30,140 nucleotides of DNA, taken from positions 1-30,140 of the IMG/VR virus record IMGVR_UViG_3300005805_000321, one strand, 5' to 3'. The notes beneath the pieces were generated by a model, which searched no databases, was not told the origin of the DNA, and was given only the letters and a program-made list of their open reading frames with translations. The DNA comes from a virus. Its lineage: Duplodnaviria > Caudoviricetes. The position numbers were made by a program, and so were the translations under genes. Shown here one piece after another: positions 7,663-16,049 of this stretch. Numbering within the stretch: the stretch's first letter is position 1; each line of letters begins with the position of its first letter.

Positions 7663-9150
7663 ATGGCATTGAATCAACAAGAACAAAGATTTCTGCAAAT
7701 CGTATTTCCTACATACGCAGGGAAGTCAAGCGAACTATTTGCTATCCCCGGACTAGAAGCAGAATTTAGGAAAGGTTATAACATTCTGCAAGAAGGCTCA
7801 TATCTAAGTGATGACTCTGAAAAGTCTGTAAAAATGGGCGATGGCAGGAGAATTATGGATGATGCGCTTAGTGGTGCATCATCAAATCCCGTTGAATTTG
7901 TAAAGTCAAACTTGCTTCAATCAATGGTCGTTGGCAATTCTGACTTGGCAACAAATCAAGTTAAATACTTGCAACAAAACAATGTGCCAATAAGTGACAT
8001 AAGTAATTTATGGCAAGAAAACATATCAAAGATTGAACAAGGCCAACAAAGAAGCAGAGAGGGAAATCTTGGCCCAATGATTACAACATTGGCACTCGGC
8101 GCAATGCTGCCGGGGATTGGCTCTGCTATTGGTGGACAACTATTAGCGGCAGGTTTGCTTCCGGCGGCAACAACTACGGCAATGGCTACAGCAATTGGCT
8201 CGGGCTTGGCAAACGCTGCCATACAAGTGGCACAAGGGAAGTCAACAGAGGAGGCTTTAAAGGGTGCTGTAATGGGTGGGGCGGCGGGTTATGCAGGTGG
8301 TCAAGTTGGGGACTATTTGGTGGGCGACCCCGGCGCGGTGAAGAACTTTGTTACAAGCACAGCGGCAAACATTGTTGCAGGTAGCGACCCCGAAACAGCG
8401 GCAAAGGCTGCACTCATTCAAACGGGCATATCAACCGCAGCGGATACAGTCTCGCAAGCACAAGCTGCTGATTACATTGAGAATCTTCCAATACCGGATT
8501 ACTTGAGTGCTGGCCCCGATTTAACAAGCGCAGATGTAATGGCGGTGTTTCCGGAGACTAATCCGGCAAACTTTGTTGGCCCACCCACAGACATTGATAC
8601 AACGCTTCTTGATTTAACAACACCATCAAACTTTGTTGGCCCTCCAACGGCTATTGATACAACACTATTAGACCTATCAACTGCTGCGCCAACCACACAG
8701 ACATACACCTATGAGGATGGAAGCACCCTAACGGTTGATGAAAGCGGCGGTGTAGTTGGTTATACAGATGCAACCGAAACCCCATATAAGGGGGTGGTAG
8801 AAACGCCATCAAGCCCACTCACAAAGTCACAAGTTGAAGGAATTATCAAACTCGGATTAGGTGTGGCTGGCGCAAGTGCAGCGGCTAATGCAGTGCAAGA
8901 TGCCATATCTAGCGGTGGTGACACGACCACACAGACCGGATTCCCATTCACTCCGAGCGACATATCCGGATGGGCACGACCCGAGTACACACAGACATGG
9001 CAAGCACCGCTAGACCTAAACTCACTGTTTACCACTGACAATCTGTTAGGTGGCACTCAATGGGCTGGACTGCAAGGCAACCAATTCGCCAATATCCCGC
9101 AAGTATCAATGTCAGACTTCATATCGAGTATCCAAAATGGAAAAGTTTGA
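7663..9150 (+). CDS. Gly/Ala-rich protein, putative internal virion protein
   Basis: Glycine-zipper-like hydrophobic segments, Thr/Pro linker, lies between portal and scaffold. Confidence 0.45.
   Translation: MALNQQEQRFLQIVFPTYAGKSSELFAIPGLEAEFRKGYNILQEGSYLSDDSEKSVKMGDGRRIMDDALSGASSNPVEFVKSNLLQSMVVGNSDLATNQVKYLQQNNVPISDISNLWQENISKIEQGQQRSREGNLGPMITTLALGAMLPGIGSAIGGQLLAAGLLPAATTTAMATAIGSGLANAAIQVAQGKSTEEALKGAVMGGAAGYAGGQVGDYLVGDPGAVKNFVTSTAANIVAGSDPETAAKAALIQTGISTAADTVSQAQAADYIENLPIPDYLSAGPDLTSADVMAVFPETNPANFVGPPTDIDTTLLDLTTPSNFVGPPTAIDTTLLDLSTAAPTTQTYTYEDGSTLTVDESGGVVGYTDATETPYKGVVETPSSPLTKSQVEGIIKLGLGVAGASAAANAVQDAISSGGDTTTQTGFPFTPSDISGWARPEYTQTWQAPLDLNSLFTTDNLLGGTQWAGLQGNQFANIPQVSMSDFISSIQNGKV
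8567..8686 (+). repeat. Tandem 60-bp duplication (NFVGPPTxIDTTLLDL x2)
   Basis: CAAACTTTGTTGGCCC at 8567 and 8627; mostly synonymous divergence afterwards. Confidence 0.9.
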
Positions 9151-9367
9151 ACTTGCCAAAAATCTGCTCTCCGATGAATTCTTTTTAGAAGAAATGGAAG
9201 CATTAAAGCAATCTGAATTGCTGAATATAGTTAACTCTGCGCCGGAAGATATTGAAGCGCGAGAACTTGCATATTTAAAAATTCATGCTTTACAATCAAT
9301 TAAAGGCCACTTTGAATCAATCGCATCCACAGGGATAATTGTAAAAAAGCGGTGGAAGATTTTGTAG
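9137..9367 (+). CDS. Conserved small head-module protein, 76 aa
   Basis: MEKFELAKNLLSDEFF...RELAY; usual position just before the scaffold gene. Confidence 0.7.
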   Translation: MEKFELAKNLLSDEFFLEEMEALKQSELLNIVNSAPEDIEARELAYLKIHALQSIKGHFESIASTGIIVKKRWKIL

Positions 9368-9417
9368 TCGTTGACTACACCGTGGCACTCGGTAAGTGCT
9401 GACAAAATGGGTTAGAA

Positions 9418-10356
9418 ATGAGTGATAACACGGCTCCGCAAGGAAGTGAATCGCTGAATGTGGAACAAGCTGCTTCTGCATTCTTTGGGTTAATGGACTC
9501 TGAACCGAACGCCGAAGGCCAAGTCGAACAGAGTGCAGATTCAGAGAATGATGAGGGCGTTGATTCCGAGTTGGTGGATTCTGAAGAAGTTGAAACAGAG
9601 CGAGCGAGCACTTTTCGTGTCAAAGCGGCAGGGGAAGAACGCGAAGTAACTCTCGATCAACTTATTGAGGGCTATCAACTTGGGGCCGACTACACAAAGA
9701 AAACCCAAACGCTTAGTGAACAACGCCGCGCTGTGGAAGCAGAACGGTCGAAGATTGACGAAGCAAACAAGGTAAGAGATCAGTATGCTCAACGCTTGCA
9801 GATGATGGAACAATTCCTAAGTCAGCAAACGAAGGGTGAGAACTTGGATGCTCTGAAGGAAAGCGACCCAATCGGGTATGCGGTAAAGGTAGCAGAACAG
9901 CAGCAACGCAAGGAACAACTTGCGGTCTTGAAGGCAGAACAACAACGCATTGCTCAACAGCAACAAGCGGAACACTCTGAAAAACTTCAAAGCCATATTG
10001 CTCAAGAAAGCCAAAAACTTTCTAGTTCGATACCCGGCTACGCAGACCCAAAGGCTGGCGACCAAATCCGCAAGGATATTCGGGACTACGCCAAGTCGAT
10101 AGGGTGGACTGACCAAGAGTTAGCCAATGTCTATGATTCTCGTGCTGTATTGAGTTTGTATCACGGGATGAAGTATTCCTCTTTGCAAAAGGGCAAGCCG
10201 GAAGTATCTAAGAAGGTACAAGAAGCACCCCGAATGATGAAAAGTGGTGTATCTCAACCGAGAGACAATCAAGAACAGCACAAAAAAGCAGTAGCGCAAT
10301 TGCGGAAGACCGGAAAAATCCGAGATGCCGCAAGTGCGTTTGAACGGTTCGTTTAA
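9418..10356 (+). CDS. Capsid scaffolding protein
   Basis: Acidic N-terminus, VKAAGEEREVTLDQLIEGYQLGADYTKKTQ, coiled coil, directly before capsid gene. Confidence 0.9.
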   Translation: MSDNTAPQGSESLNVEQAASAFFGLMDSEPNAEGQVEQSADSENDEGVDSELVDSEEVETERASTFRVKAAGEEREVTLDQLIEGYQLGADYTKKTQTLSEQRRAVEAERSKIDEANKVRDQYAQRLQMMEQFLSQQTKGENLDALKESDPIGYAVKVAEQQQRKEQLAVLKAEQQRIAQQQQAEHSEKLQSHIAQESQKLSSSIPGYADPKAGDQIRKDIRDYAKSIGWTDQELANVYDSRAVLSLYHGMKYSSLQKGKPEVSKKVQEAPRMMKSGVSQPRDNQEQHKKAVAQLRKTGKIRDAASAFERFV

Positions 10357-10371
10357 TTTAAGGATTCAATC

Positions 10372-11322
10372 ATGGCAACCTACCAAACCTATACCTCCAT
10401 TGGTCAACGGGAATCACTTTCCGATGTTATCTACTCGATCTCACCAACGGACACGCCTTTCATGTCCTCCATTGGTAAGGGCAAAGCAACCGCTACCAAT
10501 CACGAATGGCAAACCGATGCTCTCGCGTCTGCTGTCTTGACCAATGCAGCAGTTGAAGGCGATACCGCCTCTGACGCAACTTTGGGCGTGACCACTCGTG
10601 CTGGTAACAAAACTCAGATCAGCCAAAAGACCGTGAAAATCTCCGGCACTTTGGAAGCTGTGGATAAAGCAGGACGCAAATCTGAAAAAAGTTATCAATT
10701 AGCGAAAGCAAGTGCAGAAATAAAGCGCGACATGGAGACCACTCTGTTGTCAAACCAAGCAAGCACGAACGGTAACTCAAGCACTGCTCGTAAGTTGGGC
10801 GGTTTGCAAACATGGTTGGCGACCAATGGTGACTTTGGTACTGATGGTGTTGCTGGCGCAAGCGGCACGACTACTCGTACCAACGGCACTAATCGCACCT
10901 TCACCGAAACCATTTTGAAAACTGTGGTCAAAGAGGTGTATGCCTCCGGTGGCAATCCCAAAGTGTTGATGGTCAACCCTGCTCACAAGCAGTTGGTCTC
11001 TGCCTTTGCTGGTATCGCTGCACAGCGTTTCATGGCTCCGGCTGATGCTCCTACGACCATCATCGGTGCTGCTGATGTGTACTTGAGCGACTTTGGCACG
11101 ATCTCTGTCGTTCCCAATCGTTTCATGTCCTCTACCAACACTTGCGATGAAGCTGCATTTGTGTTGGATACCGACATGGCCTCTGTTGCCTATCTGCGCC
11201 CCTTCCAAACCAACGAGTTGGCAAAGACGGGTGATGCTGAAGTGACTCAGTTGCTGGTGGAATACACCTTGCAAGTGAACAACGAAGCCGCACACGGCAT
11301 CATTGCTGACTTGACTCCCTAA
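10372..11322 (+). CDS. Major capsid protein (DUF5309/SU10-like)
   Basis: RESLSDVIYSISPTDTPF...HEWQTD...N.TQI..KT...SDFG...LAKTGD...EYTL; AAGGA SD. Confidence 0.92.
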   Translation: MATYQTYTSIGQRESLSDVIYSISPTDTPFMSSIGKGKATATNHEWQTDALASAVLTNAAVEGDTASDATLGVTTRAGNKTQISQKTVKISGTLEAVDKAGRKSEKSYQLAKASAEIKRDMETTLLSNQASTNGNSSTARKLGGLQTWLATNGDFGTDGVAGASGTTTRTNGTNRTFTETILKTVVKEVYASGGNPKVLMVNPAHKQLVSAFAGIAAQRFMAPADAPTTIIGAADVYLSDFGTISVVPNRFMSSTNTCDEAAFVLDTDMASVAYLRPFQTNELAKTGDAEVTQLLVEYTLQVNNEAAHGIIADLTP

Positions 11323-11330
11323 GAGTGAAT

Positions 11331-11360
11331 GCCCCCATGTTTAACCGCATGGGGGTTTTT
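11331..11360 (+). terminator. Rho-independent terminator after capsid gene
   Basis: GCCCCCATG / CATGGGGGT stem followed by T-tract. Confidence 0.85.
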
Positions 11361-11362
11361 CT

Positions 11363-11668
11363 ATGATCGAGTTTCGAAAATCTGTTGCTCACGCCGATGG
11401 CGATGGCGGCATCGTTATTGAGACACGCCAAGATGTAACGGCGAACATTGAGCAAAATCTCAAGGAATTCAATTCCTATGATGAACGAGCAAAATGGTCG
11501 GATGATATGTTTGGCAACAAGGTAGCGTCAATTCCTTTAACGGTGATTGATGACCTAAATGCAAAAGGCATCATGCGGGGCTTTGCTGTGGTTGACGAAA
11601 AGCAATTCAAGGCATGGCTTAACAGTCCGGACAACCGATTTTTTAGAACACGACCGGGGCGCGTATGA
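11363..11668 (+). CDS. Conserved virion-module protein
   Basis: QDV...KVASIP...WLNSPDNRFFRT; follows capsid gene. Confidence 0.65.
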   Translation: MIEFRKSVAHADGDGGIVIETRQDVTANIEQNLKEFNSYDERAKWSDDMFGNKVASIPLTVIDDLNAKGIMRGFAVVDEKQFKAWLNSPDNRFFRTRPGRV

Positions 11669-12285
11669 GCATTGCTACATTCTCTGAACTGAGTACAGCG
11701 GTAGCCAACTATTTGGCCCGTAGTGACCTAACAGATCAGATTCCCGACTTCATTCGTTTTGCAGAACTGAGACTCCGCAGAGAATTGCGGATTCGTCAAA
11801 TGCTCAAATCTGTGACCACTACGACTACGAGTGGTGACGGTACGGTAGAGATACCCTCAGACTTTCTTGAGGCTAGAGACTTCTATGTAACGGGGAACCC
11901 ACCCCAACCGCTTAGTTTCTTGTCTCCATCGGTGTTTATTCGGAACACTGATTCTCATGTTCGCGGTAAACCGTTGAACTACACAATTTTGGCGACTGAG
12001 TTTCAGTTAGCCCCAATGCCGGACAATGTGTATACGCTTCAATTGCTGTATTACTCTGCTCCGACATTCCTATCAAGCGGAAATTCAAGCAATGCGTTTA
12101 TGGCTAATGCGCCGGATGCTTTGCTGTACGCTGCTCTCTTAGAGGCAGAACCGTACATCATGAACGATGCAAGAATTCAGACATGGGCGACCATGTATCA
12201 AAGGGCAATCGACACATTGGTTAGATCGGATGAATCTTCCCAATACTCGGGTGTACCACTCGCAATGACTTTATCAAAGAGGTAA
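11665..12285 (+). CDS. Head-tail adaptor protein
   Basis: YLARSDLTDQIPDFIRFAE...PSDFLE...PDALLYAALLEAEPY; synteny. Confidence 0.75.
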   Translation: MSIATFSELSTAVANYLARSDLTDQIPDFIRFAELRLRRELRIRQMLKSVTTTTTSGDGTVEIPSDFLEARDFYVTGNPPQPLSFLSPSVFIRNTDSHVRGKPLNYTILATEFQLAPMPDNVYTLQLLYYSAPTFLSSGNSSNAFMANAPDALLYAALLEAEPYIMNDARIQTWATMYQRAIDTLVRSDESSQYSGVPLAMTLSKR

Positions 12286-12288
12286 AAA

Positions 12289-12675
12289 ATGGCTGCAATG
12301 TCCAACTATCTAGAGAATGCTCTTATCAATGAAGTCTTACGGGCCACCGGATATACAGCACCTACTACTGTTTATGTTGCTCTGTTTACGAGCGACCCTA
12401 CTGATGCTGGCAGTGGTACTGAGTGCAGTGGTACGAGTTATGCTCGTCAGTCTGCTACTTTTGCTGCTCCCTCTGATGGTGCTTCTAGCACTAGTGCAGA
12501 TATCAATTTCCCGCAAGCTGGTGGCTCATGGGGAACCATCACCCACTTTGGGATTTTTGATGCTCTCACTACTGGCAATCTGTTGGTACATGGTGCTTTG
12601 ACCACTTCCAAAACAATCGACACGGGCGATGTGTTCAAGATCGCTAGTGGTTCTCTGACTGTCACCTTTGCGTAA
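12289..12675 (+). CDS. Small tail/fibre-associated structural protein
   Basis: SNYLEN...YVALFTSDP...SYARQ...WGTITHFGIFDALTTGNLL family pattern. Confidence 0.7.
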   Translation: MAAMSNYLENALINEVLRATGYTAPTTVYVALFTSDPTDAGSGTECSGTSYARQSATFAAPSDGASSTSADINFPQAGGSWGTITHFGIFDALTTGNLLVHGALTTSKTIDTGDVFKIASGSLTVTFA

Positions 12676-13565
12676 TGGCGGATGTTTGTGGCCCATTCAC
12701 GCTTGAACAGCTAGACCTATTCGGGAGCATTGATAGTCTAGCCTTCTCGCTTGATTCAACCGTTTGGACAGATGCGAATGTTTGCATCTTAGAAGCGGCG
12801 GCATCCGCATCGGGTGCAGGGTCAGTCAGCGCAAGCCCCATAGCGATATTGGTGGGGGCATCGTCTGTCAGTGGTGACGCACAAACGCAGATAACTTACA
12901 TTCGTGTAAGAAACTCTAGTTCATCGGTAAACAGTACCGCTACTTCTTCTTCCGGCTCACAAGTCACCTATGTTTCGAGTGCATCGATTACGGGGCTTGC
13001 AACGGTCTCGGGAAGTGCGACAAGGGTAAGGTTAGGTGCTGGTTCAATCAGTGGCATAGCGACCGTTTTAGCGGCTGGAAGCGGTATCTTCTCAAGCGGT
13101 TCGTCTGTATCCGGCTCTGCTTCGATTGTTGGTGACGGATTTAGGGTAAGGGATGGCGCGGCAAGTCTGTCCGGTGCGGGTACGGTATCGGCTGCGGCAA
13201 TCAGAATCAGAACATCTAGCGGGTCGATTAACGGGACTTCTAGCGTCTCGGCTCTCGGTGGATTGGTATCGAGTGCTGCGGGGATACTTGAGGGAATAGC
13301 GACTGTATCGGCGACTGCTACAGCGACATTTCAAGCACAAATGTCGATCAGTGGGACGGTGACGATTTCTTGCATTGGCAGCCGATTGGGTGACAATTGG
13401 TCGAATGTCAGTGCAGACACGAACACATGGACAGATGTTAGTGTTGGTGGGAATACATGGACAACGGTAACTGCGGACGCGAGTACATGGACAGATGTGG
13501 GAACATCGGGAAATACATGGACAGACACGGCAACGGGTTCAAATGATTGGTTAAGGAACGGATGA
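12675..13565 (+). CDS. Ser/Gly/Ala-rich repetitive structural protein
   Basis: Repeated ASISG.ATVS..A.RIR-like units, N-terminal TLEQLD motif, C-terminal Trp repeats. Confidence 0.65.
   Translation: MADVCGPFTLEQLDLFGSIDSLAFSLDSTVWTDANVCILEAAASASGAGSVSASPIAILVGASSVSGDAQTQITYIRVRNSSSSVNSTATSSSGSQVTYVSSASITGLATVSGSATRVRLGAGSISGIATVLAAGSGIFSSGSSVSGSASIVGDGFRVRDGAASLSGAGTVSAAAIRIRTSSGSINGTSSVSALGGLVSSAAGILEGIATVSATATATFQAQMSISGTVTISCIGSRLGDNWSNVSADTNTWTDVSVGGNTWTTVTADASTWTDVGTSGNTWTDTATGSNDWLRNG
13392..13550 (+). repeat. 30-bp / 10-aa tandem repeat (NTWTDV-type), six Trp
   Basis: TGG codons at 13398, 13428, 13458, 13488, 13518, 13548. Confidence 0.9.
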
Positions 13566-15214
13566 TGCCTACTCAAAGAATCGCATTAGGTGAATGGCTA
13601 CCCGATCAGCCGGGGCTGACGGGGGCATTGACTGTGGCAAAAAACTGCTTTCCGGTGACTGCGGGATACGGTGCATTTCCGGCAGAGGCTAACTTCTCTG
13701 CGGCGGCTGCGGAGGACTTGACCTCATTGGTGTACGCCAAAGACGAAAACGGTACTACTAAACTGTTTGCTGCTGGCCTACACAAGATTTATTCTGTGGA
13801 TTCGGTGGGTGCTTTGACGGGTGTTTTTAGCTTCACGGGTACTTACTCGCAAAGCGGCACGACCACTCTAACGGTGACTTCTATTGCTCACAAGCTGAAA
13901 ACGGGTGACTCGTACTACCTAAACTTCACAAGCGGCACAGCGACAGACGGTCAATTTACGGTGACTAAACTCACTGCGGACACCTTCACGGTTACGACCA
14001 CATCCGACACCACATCGGGGAATGTGACCATTTCACGGGTTGCTGACGGGTACGACACACAAGAAGGCCAACGGTTTAGATTTACTCTGTTTGGCAATCA
14101 GATCATCGGGACTAACTTCACTGAGAGGCTACAAGTCTATTCAGCGGATGGAAGTTCATCGTTCAAGAATCTGTCAGACAGTGCGCCTATCGCTAAGTTC
14201 ATCACTGTGGTGCGGGATTTTGTGGTTTGTGCCCATTTGGATGAGAGTGGCACGACTCGCCCATATCGAGTGCGGTGGTCAGCAATCAACGATGAAACCG
14301 ATTGGGTGGAGAATGTAAACACTCAGTCTGACTATCAAGACATTCCCGATGGTGGGCACATCACGGGCATTCGCGGTGGTGAGTTTGGGATTATTCTGAT
14401 GGAGAAATCAATCTCTCGGATGAGTTACGCCGGAACCCCATTCATCTTCCAATTTGACAATATCTCACGCGGTAAGGGCTGTATTGCTGCGGGGTCGGTT
14501 TGTCAGTATCAAGGGCTAACATTCTTCTTGTCTGATGACGGGTTCTATGTCTGTGACGGGCAGAAAGTAACCCCAATAGGTGCGGAAAAGGTTGATCGCT
14601 TCTTCTTCAATGATGCGAATTTGGACTTCACCACAATGTCAGCAGCGGCAGACCCTATCCGCAAACTGATTATGTGGAACTATCTCTCGACAGACGGGAC
14701 GAGAAAACTGATTGTGTACAACTTCACGATTGGCAAATGGTCGTACATGGAGACCACAGCGGATTACATTTCAGACGCTTCTACTGCCTCTGTGACGCTT
14801 GAACAGTTGGATTCTGTGAATGCGTCTATTGATGCTTTGGCGGTGAGTATGGACTCGGGACTGTACGCCGGAGGAAAGTATTTTCTCGGTGGGACAGATG
14901 GGACACGGGTTATCACCTTCACCGGAGCAAACAAATCAGCGGTGTTAGAAACGGGCGATATAGACGCGGGACGCTCGATAGTGATGTTGGCTCGACCTTT
15001 GGTTGATAACGGCTCTGCGAGTGTTTCTGTGGCCTCTCGGACGCTTTTAACGCAAAGTCTGTCGTTTGGGTCGGCATCTGCGGCTGACACTGATAACCGT
15101 GTGTCTCTGAGAAGTTCGGGTAAGTACCATCGTTTGCGGATGCAACCAACTGGCGACAATTGGAAAACCGCGATGGGTATGGATGTTGATGTTGTTCAGC
15201 AAGGCATCCGGTAA
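13565..15214 (+). CDS. Tail tubular/nozzle (P22 gp10-like stabilisation) protein
   Basis: GEWLPDQP start, VRWSAIND, GCIAAGSV, FFLSDDGFY beta-propeller-type motifs; AAGGA SD at 13553. Confidence 0.75.
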   Translation: MPTQRIALGEWLPDQPGLTGALTVAKNCFPVTAGYGAFPAEANFSAAAAEDLTSLVYAKDENGTTKLFAAGLHKIYSVDSVGALTGVFSFTGTYSQSGTTTLTVTSIAHKLKTGDSYYLNFTSGTATDGQFTVTKLTADTFTVTTTSDTTSGNVTISRVADGYDTQEGQRFRFTLFGNQIIGTNFTERLQVYSADGSSSFKNLSDSAPIAKFITVVRDFVVCAHLDESGTTRPYRVRWSAINDETDWVENVNTQSDYQDIPDGGHITGIRGGEFGIILMEKSISRMSYAGTPFIFQFDNISRGKGCIAAGSVCQYQGLTFFLSDDGFYVCDGQKVTPIGAEKVDRFFFNDANLDFTTMSAAADPIRKLIMWNYLSTDGTRKLIVYNFTIGKWSYMETTADYISDASTASVTLEQLDSVNASIDALAVSMDSGLYAGGKYFLGGTDGTRVITFTGANKSAVLETGDIDAGRSIVMLARPLVDNGSASVSVASRTLLTQSLSFGSASAADTDNRVSLRSSGKYHRLRMQPTGDNWKTAMGMDVDVVQQGIR

Positions 15215-15996
15215 TGTTTAGGATTCTCCCTTTCTTTGGTGGCGACCCGCGAACTGTTGCGGAGATTGTCAATGGCATCATGAACGGCAAGACCAACAAT
15301 GTGGGGATTGTCACGCTTGCCACCGGAGGGGCGACCACTACAACCATCACTGATAGACGCATTGGGCCGGACAGCATCCTACTGTTGACACCTCTCACAG
15401 CGGCGGCAAACACTGATTCTGTGCCTTATGGGGCATTTCAAGACACGACAGATCAAACAGCGGCTAACACTACAACTGCTTACGCCATCACTTTTGACAC
15501 GACAGATTATTCAAACGGTGTAACTCTGTCCAACAGCAGCCGATTGAATGTGGCGAATGCGGGTGTGTATAACATTCAGTTCAGCATTCAGCTTAAGAAC
15601 ACGACAAACGATTCTCAAGATGTGGATGTGTGGTTTCGCAAGAACGGCACGAACATCGACAAGTCAAATTCTCGGTTTGGTCTATCGGCTAGAAAATCAT
15701 CCGGCGACCCATCACACGCCATTGCAGCATTAAATTTCTTTGTGGAGTTAGCGGCAAGCGACTACATCGAGATCATGTGGAGACCCTCAGATACGGGCGT
15801 AACTTTGGAGCATTTTGCGACAAGCACAACACCGGATAGACCCGCTGTGCCCTCTGTGATTGCTACATTAAGCTATGTCAACACCTCATCATCGTTCAAT
15901 GTGTTTGTCAGTTCAAGGGGTAAGGGAACCGCTACGCTGACGCACTTTGCCAATTCAACCGCTGACAAAACCTATGGATATGTGATTGTTGGCTGA
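15214..15996 (+). CDS. Tail-associated protein with inserted C1q/TNF-like beta domain
   Basis: PYGAF...ITFDT...AGVYNIQFSIQ...WFRKNG...DYIEIMW. Confidence 0.55.
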   Translation: MFRILPFFGGDPRTVAEIVNGIMNGKTNNVGIVTLATGGATTTTITDRRIGPDSILLLTPLTAAANTDSVPYGAFQDTTDQTAANTTTAYAITFDTTDYSNGVTLSNSSRLNVANAGVYNIQFSIQLKNTTNDSQDVDVWFRKNGTNIDKSNSRFGLSARKSSGDPSHAIAALNFFVELAASDYIEIMWRPSDTGVTLEHFATSTTPDRPAVPSVIATLSYVNTSSSFNVFVSSRGKGTATLTHFANSTADKTYGYVIVG

Positions 15997-16049
15997 TACA
16001 ATGACTCTAGTGGATGACCCTGCTGGAGTCCTTTCTAAAAGGAGCATTT

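Noticed and set aside
8567-8686. DGR template/variable repeat pair
   Set aside because: Adjacent tandem copies, differences not adenine-specific, and no reverse transcriptase in the window.
11317-11344. CCC-TAA at the capsid gene end as a +1 frameshift site
   Set aside because: The +1 frame stops after about 8 codons inside the terminator, so there is no extension domain.
13392-13550. CRISPR-like array
   Set aside because: In-frame degenerate coding repeat with 30-bp period, no unique spacers and no cas genes.
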